NCBI GenBank assembly: GCA_048213135.1
Contig: PS015097.1
Span: 190,542 to 210,541, forward strand
Direction: 5' to 3'
DNA length: 20,000 nt
From: Reclinomonas americana ATCC 50394
Lineage: Eukaryota
Position numbers and translations under genes: made by a program. Position 1 is the first letter of the stretch; every line of letters begins with the position of its first letter. Below the pieces are notes generated by a model. The model ran no database searches and was not told where the DNA came from. It worked only from the letters and a program-made list of their open reading frames with translations. Shown here piece by piece: positions 13,622 through 20,000 of this stretch.

Positions 13622-13764
13622 TGCTTTGGGGCCTTGCGCTTTCGCCAGTCAAAGCGCAACGGATGCGTCTCATCAATCGGCTTTCCCGCGTACGACACAC
13701 CCGGCGGTCCCTTGCGCAACCCGCCACCAGAACTCGAAATCGGCGCACGAGGAGCAGCACTCAT
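10228..13764 (-). CDS. CWC2: Pre-mRNA splicing factor CWC2/Cwf2 (Torus/CCCH zinc finger + RRM; RBM22-related); about 459 aa
   Basis: Exons (minus): 13764-13621, 12519-12459, 12387-12339, 12261-12153, 12082-11988, 11915-11816, 11743-11698, 11082-10490, 10410-10228 (1380 nt, in frame; an extra exon could lie in gap 12705-13452). Motifs: YNIWYGKF, AETRCNVLRDAGRTRGD, FCVHFARGQCCRGYECLYKHHLP, DIFGRERH, REDMGGVGTFNRENRTLYIGGI, AEFGKEAMTNQSL, EVLNIKWATDDPNP. Confidence 0.92.
11088..11600. repeat. Polypurine/polypyrimidine low-complexity tract including (GGA)n, inside a CWC2 intron; contains a 20-N gap at 11281-11300
   Basis: Almost only G/A on the + strand; (GAG)n at about 11232-11280. Confidence 0.9.
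12650..13618. repeat. (CT)n microsatellites flanking assembly gap 12705-13452 in CWC2 intron 1
   Basis: (CT)n at about 12650-12691 and 13585-13618. Confidence 0.9.
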
Positions 13765-14157
13765 ACTGAAAGAAAGAAAACGCGCGCGTGTGTGAGAGAG
13801 TGAGAGTGATGGCCATTTCACAAACACACACGCACGCACGCACTGTGGAGACAAGGCACACACGCGCGCGCTGAGTGACTTGCACACACACGCACACGCA
13901 CGCACACGCAAAGACGCAGAGAAGAGCGTGCGAACAGGGAACAAGAGACAACACAAACTCGACTCAAATCACACACTGCACACGAACGCGCACACACACT
14001 CCCCACACACACACACTCTCTCTCGCACAACACACACACGCGCGCACACACCTTGCCGCGAACTGGTGGGTTACCGATGCAGAAGTTCATTCCCACGCAG
14101 CGTCCCGGTAGCCCCGACGGACACCTTTCACGCACTCTTACTTTCACACACACAAAG
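13765..14157. promoter_or_regulatory. 393-bp divergent intergenic region, probable bidirectional promoter and 5' UTRs
   Basis: Lies between the CWC2 ATG (13764, -) and the RRM-gene ATG (14158, +); CA/CGCA-rich. Function inferred from gene arrangement only. Confidence 0.55.
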
Positions 14158-16113
14158 ATGGCCAGCGCCTCTTCTGGCGGAGGCGGAGGCAGTGCGTCTT
14201 CGCCATCCGCGGGATCCCCGACAACAGGAGCATTGTCAAGTGATGCAGGTTTTGTTTTTTGTTTGTTTGTTTTTGATGCAATCATGTCTTCTCTCTCTGT
14301 GTGGTGCTTAACAGTGAAAAAATGGACAACACACCACACAGCGAGCAGTGCGGCTGCGAATTTGAGGGTTCCTGCAGGGCTTGACACAAGCAGCTGCCAG
14401 AGTCTGTTGCGTTGTTGTTGTTGTTGTTGTTGTTGCGCGCCATTTTCCACTCTCGCACCCCTCTCTTGCTCTCTCTCGCTCACTGTCACTGTCACCACGT
14501 GCATGCTGTTTGCCTGTCTCTGTGTGTCTTGCTTGCTGCATGTGCGCTGCGTGTGTTGCACATTGCTTTTTCTCCGCGCGCTCAGTGTGTGTGTGTGTCT
14601 TTCTTGTCCTTCTCTCTTTCTCTCTCTCCCTCTCTCTGTGTGCGTTGCTCTCTGTGCATGCGTGCGTGTGTGCAACGCACCACTCCGTATTGCACTTGTT
14701 TCAGAGTGATGCACTCGTCATTTATTGTTATTGCTCGGGTCAACGCACGCGCGCGTGCACAACGACATTCTCTCTTCTCTCTTTCTCTCAGTCTCTTCTC
14801 TCCCCGTCTCTTCGCCCTATGCTCTCCTCACGTGTGCATGCATGGTCGCTTATCATTTGTTGAATCTTACATTCGGTCGCGCACAGTTACATTGGCAACC
14901 TCGACCCGCGTGTCGATGAGGCCACGCTGCAAGAGTTCTTTAGCTCACTGTCGGTGAGCGGCACCTGCAAGATCATTCGCAATCGCGCGGTACGTGAGAG
15001 CGTGTGTATTGTGCGCGTGTGTTCGGTTCTGTATCTCTCTCTCTCTGACGCGGGCGCAGCAGAATGGCGAGAGTCAGGGGTACGGTTTCGTTGACTTTGA
15101 CGATCACGAGTCGGCTGCACGCGCGCTGAGTAAGCTGGAAGGGCAGCGCGTGTTTGACCGCGATCTCAAGATCAACTGGGCCTACGCGGGAGCCACTGGC
15201 CAGCGCGAGGACACCTCGAGTTGCGCATCTTTGCTCTCTCTCTCTCACACACACACACACGCACACAGGCAGGCAGCTCTGCTCATAGCTCCTTTGTTGC
15301 GGCGCAGCGCACTTCAATCTCTTTGTGGGCGACCTAAGTCCGGAGGTGACAGATCACGTCTTGTGGCAGTTCTTTAGCGATTTTGGCAGCATCAGCGATG
15401 CCCGTGTCATGTGGGATCATGCCACGAAGAGATCGCGTGGTTTTGGTTTTGTCTCGTTCCGGGAAAAGGCGGTACGTCGCCGTGTATGCCCGTGGTTTCT
15501 ATTTTACACTGCGAGCTGATGATTTTCACTCCACTCGAAACAGCATGCGGAACAGGCGCTGGCCAAGATGAATGGTTTGCTCTCTGTGCACCGCTTCTCC
15601 TCCCCAGTCTGTACGTCTCTTTTTTTTGAAATCAATGCCATGCGCGCCGTGCTCCACCAGGTGAATGGCTCGGTAGCCGCAACGTGCGTGTGAACTGGGC
15701 CAATCAGAAGCAGAATTCGCGGAATGCAGCGGCCGCTGCGGCCGCCGCGGCCGCATCCTCCGGTTCACCCGCAATGATACCGGTGGGTCACGGTCCGCAG
15801 CCGTTCCACCAGCACCACCATCATCATCATCACCACCACGGTGGACATCCGCACCACCACAGTCCTGCTGGTGTTGCGGGAGGCGCCAGTGGAATGGGAG
15901 GCGGCGGTGGTGGCAGTGGCGGTGGTGGCAGCGGTAGCGGCGGCCATGTCGGCAGCAGTGGAGGTGGCAGTGGTGGTGCCGTTGGCGCGCATGGCATGTC
16001 GTCGGTGGCCGGCGGACCAGGTGGCGTTGCCCCTGTGTCTCCGGGCCTTGTGGGCGCCGCCGGCGTCCCTCCTGCAGGTGTCGGCGCAGCAGCAAGTGAG
16101 TCGCTGGCTCTGC

Positions 16114-16163
<50 letters not shown>

Positions 16164-17364
16164 TGCGTGTTTGGCCCGGTGGTGCTCACGTGTGACTGGC
16201 GGTGGCGATGTAGGAAATCTGCAGAGCGATTTTTGGAGCGTGTACCGCGCCAGCCCGCAGACCAACACAGTGGTCTATGTCGGAAACTTGCCGCACGAAG
16301 GCACCACGGAAGATCTCTTGCGCGCACACTTCGCACCCTTTGGAAATGTGATTGAGGTGCGGTTGCAGCCGGAGAAGGGCTTCGGTTTCCTCAAGATGGA
16401 CACACACGAGTCGGCGACGCAATGCATTGTGAACATGAACGGCACCGTCTTCAACGGACGACCGATTCGAGTTGCGTACTGTGCGGCGTGTTCTGGTGGT
16501 GGCTGGTAGTTGGTGACGCTCACATCTGCACGCAGTGCGGATGGGGTCGCGATCGAGCTGCACCTGCTGGCGGCATGCACGGTCGGCAGCAGCAGCAGCC
16601 ACACGGTGGCTTCGGGTACGGATACCCACAGAGTTATCCGTACGGATATCCACAGGCGTATGGGTTTGTCAAAAAAAACAAATGCAATTTCTGCAGTTGT
16701 TGCGCAGCAGCTGACGTCGCGCCCGCAGTTACGGTTACGGCCAGCAGCCCGGTGGACAAGGGGGAGCGCCGGGTCAGGGACCATCGTCTCCGCAGGCTGC
16801 GTCTCCGCTCAGCGCACTCCCGGGACTCAGTGTGGGTGTCGGCAGTGCACTAGGCAGCCACCCGGGTGGCGTGGTTCCGCCGCCGCACACTCACAGTGGT
16901 GCGATGCACCCACACTCGCCGTCGGCACTCGAACTGATGCCGCCTCTCGGCTCTCTCGGCGGCGCCCACTCGCCGCCACCCGGAGCACTCGGTGGTGCTC
17001 CGTCGCTCGCCAACGGTGCCGCCATGTCGCCGTCAAGTCCCGGCGCTGCCAACGCCGCTGGAGGAGACCCCAGTCACTATGTTGCGTTCGGCAGTGGGGG
17101 AGGTGAAAGAGTGACAAGTGTTCTCATCTCGCGCACGTGGTGGTGTCACAGCCGTACTTTTATGGCTACTCGTATCCCACGTACTACGGGTACCCGAACT
17201 ACGCCGCCCACACGCACTCGCAGCCGGCGCCAGCGCACGCAATAGCGGGCGGTGTCTCTGGCGGGCACGGAAATGGCGTGTCCTCGGGTGGCGGTGCCGG
17301 TGGAGCCGGTGGCAACGGCGGCAGCGACGGTCATTCCGCGCCGCCGCAGTTGACCCTCGAGTGA
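14158..17364 (+). CDS. TIA1/TIAR-UBP1-Pub1 family oligouridylate-binding protein: 3 RRMs and a prion-like C-terminus; about 653 aa, 11 exons
   Basis: Exons: 14158-14248, 14378-14405, 14887-14989, 15060(or 15063)-15219, 15308-15471, 15544-15574, 15661-16095, 16214-16470, 16536-16663, 16729-17080, 17152-17364 (in frame). Motifs: [107 protein letters not shown]. These closely resemble plant UBP1 and fungal Pub1. Confidence 0.92.
16118..16160. repeat. (GA)n microsatellite in intron
   Basis: Dinucleotide run inside intron 16096-16213. Confidence 0.95.
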
Positions 17365-17753
17365 CGCGCCTCTTGCATCTCTAGTACTTCCTATGCATAT
17401 GCATGTGTGTGTAGACCGTTATTGTGTGTTTGTTGTTGATGTTGGCGTGTGAGAGGGTGATTTTTTTCAAGTTGCGTCGTTGGAACTGCCGCTTTCGCTG
17501 CGCGTCGTGCGTGCCAGTCATCGCTGACTGGCGACAACAAATTTGTTCCTCCCTCTCCGCAGTTGTGCAATGGACTGTAAGTGGACTCGGGAGGCTAGCC
17601 GATGTCATGGCGCGGAATGAGCGAGTGTTTTGCTGTGTGTGTGTGTGTGTGAGCGTGTTGTGGGAGTAGGTGTGGTGAGAGTGTGAGAGAGGAAGCAAGT
17701 CGGTTTGGCGGATGAGCCGTGTTGTACCAAGACAACAGAGCAGAAACAGTGTG

Positions 17754-18475
17754 CTATGGGGGTTTCACTTTTCCCTTGCCAAGCTGCTCGTCAATCAGCA
17801 CCTTGACCTGCTCCAGGAATGTCCATACTTGCTCGTCGCTCGCGGTTCCGGTGTCGCCAACGCCGCCTCGTAGTCTGCCCAGACGAGTGCACTTTTAAGA
17901 TGCCGCCGCCGACAGCACGACAAGCAACGCAGAGTACCTGGCATCGCTCAGCGCCTGTGTGACCTCGCGGCAAATGTGACTGCGCATCGTCGGGTCCGGC
18001 ACCGCCGCCATGCCCTCCAGCACCTCCTGCGCCAACAACACGCGATCCCAGCGGCGGTTGAGCTGAGTCAACGAGTTGTCGTGGTCAGCGGATCCCTGTT
18101 CACCAATAGTACTGCGAATGGCATCAGCGAGGGAGTGAGAGCGAGGGGCGCGGAAGCCGGCGGACGCAACGCAGCCACCACCGCCCGCACATCCTGCTCC
18201 GCTTGCAGCAGATCCAACTTCCGATGCAACTCGGCACGGGTCATCTCCATTTGCCCACTGCGTGGCATGAGAATCGCTGCGAGCACCACAGTGCCTCCGT
18301 CCTTCTGCACACACGCAACTCGCGAAAGAACCATCCCATCGGCACCGACAAGGCCAGCGGATCTGCACCAGTCTCCACGACTGTGCCACCTGCTCGCTGC
18401 TCAGATCCCTGTCGCTCATGCCGATCGCTGAGGGCACGCTGCAGCTCCGAGAAGAAGTTATCCTGCATCGCGTGA
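17754..18475 (-). CDS. Hypothetical helical protein, at least 4 exons; 5' end uncertain (may extend to about 18633)
   Basis: Exons ~18475-18320, 18257-18171, 18111-17938 and 17874-17754 join in frame through 59-63 nt introns: HAMQDNFFSELQRAL...GWFFRD/GQMEMTRAELHRKLDLL...VVAA/TIGEQG...WDRVLLAQEVLEG...R/LRGG...VWTFLEQVKVLIDEQLGKGKVKPP*. Confidence 0.65.
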
Positions 18476-18744
18476 CTGTTGAGTGCGCGCAGTGCATTCT
18501 GTTTGTGTTAGTATAGTGGGCACACCAGTGTGACAACATGCTCGTTCTTGCTGCTGCTGCTGGACCATCGTAGTGCATGCGAGAAGTGCCAGACTGCAGT
18601 GAACCTTCGGACGATGGCCACGGGCAACAACATTGATGGATTTGAGACGAAGGCAGGCACAGGACCACCACCACTTGTGTAGCTTTTCTTTTGCACTTAT
18701 ACTTCACACGAAAGAGGCTGGAATGGCACCTCTTACACATCACG

Positions 18745-19055
18745 TTATTTCCGTCGCTTGCCGCCCTTCCGGCCGCCACCAGACTTCTTCTTGGACGGCG
18801 GGCTGTCGTCTTCGGATCCATCGGGAATCTCGGCGTTCGGATCGCTGTCGTCCACACCAGCCTGCGCGTCTGCCTCCTTCTCCTCGGCTGCGCGGTTGTT
18901 CTTGTCGGAGAGGGGATCGGTGTCGTCGTTGTCTGTGCTGCAACTGCGTGCCGCAGGATCCTCGAGGTCGTCGGGGCACATTTGCACAATGTTGCCGCCG
19001 TCGTCGTTGGCCAGGTACTCTGCGATTTCCTTGCTGGTGCCCTGCGTGCGTGCCA
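18745..19055 (-). CDS. Terminal exon of a gene starting to the right; acidic tract followed by a basic, NLS-like tail
   Basis: A pyrimidine-rich intron ends in CACAG at 19056, then VARTQGTSKEIAEYLANDDGG...DGSEDDSPPSKKKSGGGRKGGKRRK*. Confidence 0.65.
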
Positions 19056-19119
19056 CTGTGTCGAGAGGGGGGTAGGGGGAGAAGAGATGAGAACGGAGAG
19101 AAGAAGAGAAGAGGGAGGG

Positions 19120-19806
19120 TAGAGACTGACGGGCATAGCGAGAGAGGAACGAAAAGAGAAATAGAGTGACAGACAGAAAGAGTGGAACGATGGCGGAGAG
19201 AAGCGAGGGGGGAGGGAGGACAGAAAGGGGAAGACAGACAGCGAGGGTGAGAGAGATAGAGAAGTGAGAAAGTGAAGAGAATAGAAAGGGCGGGACGGAA
19301 GGAAAGACAGAGAAGGAGCGCAGCGAGAGAGGAACGGAAAGACAGACGAGTGACAGTGACAACGGCAGACAGAAAGAGTGGAACGATGGCGAAGAGAAAG
19401 AGAGCAGAGAGGGGGAAGGGAAGAATAGTTAGAGGAAGACAGACAGCGAGGGTGAAAGAGATAGAGAAGTGAGAAGAGAAAGACTGACGGGAACAGCGAG
19501 AGAGGAACGAAAAGAAGAAGACAGAGTGACAGTGACAACGGCAGACAGACAGAGTGGAACGATGGCGAAGAGAAAGAGAGCTGAGAGGGGGAAGGGAAGA
19601 ATAGTTAGAGGAAGACAGACAGTGAGGGAAAGAGAGATAGAGAAGTGAGAAAGTGAAGAGAATAGAAAGGGCGGGACAGAAGGAAAGACAGAGTGACAGT
19701 GACAACGGCAGACAGACAGAGTGGAACGATGAAGAGAAAGAAAGCAGAGAGTGAGGAGGGAATAGCTAGAGGAAGACAGACAGTGAGAGAAAGAGAGATA
19801 GTGAAA

Positions 19807-19810
<4 letters not shown>
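19120..19810. repeat. Degenerate purine-rich tandem repeat, about 4 units of roughly 170-200 bp, intronic
   Basis: Recurring blocks AGAGTGGAACGATG (about 19179, 19376, 19552, 19719), GAGTGACAGTGACAACGGCAGACAGA and GAGATAGAGAAGTGAGAA. Confidence 0.85.

Positions 19811-19812
<2 letters not shown>

Positions 19813-19895
<83 letters not shown>
19813..19895. repeat. (GA)n microsatellite
   Basis: Dinucleotide run. Confidence 0.95.
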
Positions 19896-19899
<4 letters not shown>

Positions 19900-20000
19900 C
19901 ACACACACGACTACGACGACGCGCGCGCCGTCCGTCGACGTCGTACGTCGGTCGTCGACGTCGTCGTCTACGTCGTCGACACGACGACGACGACGACGAC

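Noticed and set aside
6141-17151. Alternative reading of shifted donors as non-canonical TT-AG introns (G|TTGCGT)
   Set aside because: Moving the donor by 1 nt while keeping the AG acceptor breaks the frame. The GT start gives in-frame conserved motifs.
18508-18510. In-frame TAA suggesting stop-codon reassignment
   Set aside because: TAA, TAG and TGA each end genes in this window, and conserved exons contain no internal stops. An intron or a downstream start is simpler.
19120-19810. Repeat array as CRISPR-like
   Set aside because: No unique spacers, low-complexity degenerate units, eukaryotic intron context and no cas genes.

Overview
Draft eukaryotic (protist-like) scaffold with four N gaps, many microsatellites and compact, intron-rich genes (most introns 59-90 nt). 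Hand-built gene models, left to right: (1) a partial hypothetical gene (+); (2) a decayed R2/NeSL/Utopia-like non-LTR retrotransposon (-); (3) a 22-exon membrane-anchored subtilisin S8 protease with PA and EGF-like domains (+, about 1262 aa); (4) splicing factor CWC2 (-, about 459 aa); (5) a head-to-head TIA1/UBP1/Pub1-like three-RRM gene (+, about 653 aa); (6) two hypothetical genes (-). Main finding: about 17 of 42 predicted introns use a second class of 5' splice site, GTTNNG(T), mostly GTTGCGT. This is the organism's normal GTGCGT/GTGAGT/GTACG donor with one extra T, so the conserved G moves from +5 to +6. None of these 17 has G at exon position -1. Several of the junctions are fixed by conserved protein motifs. 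All models are manual and lack transcript support.
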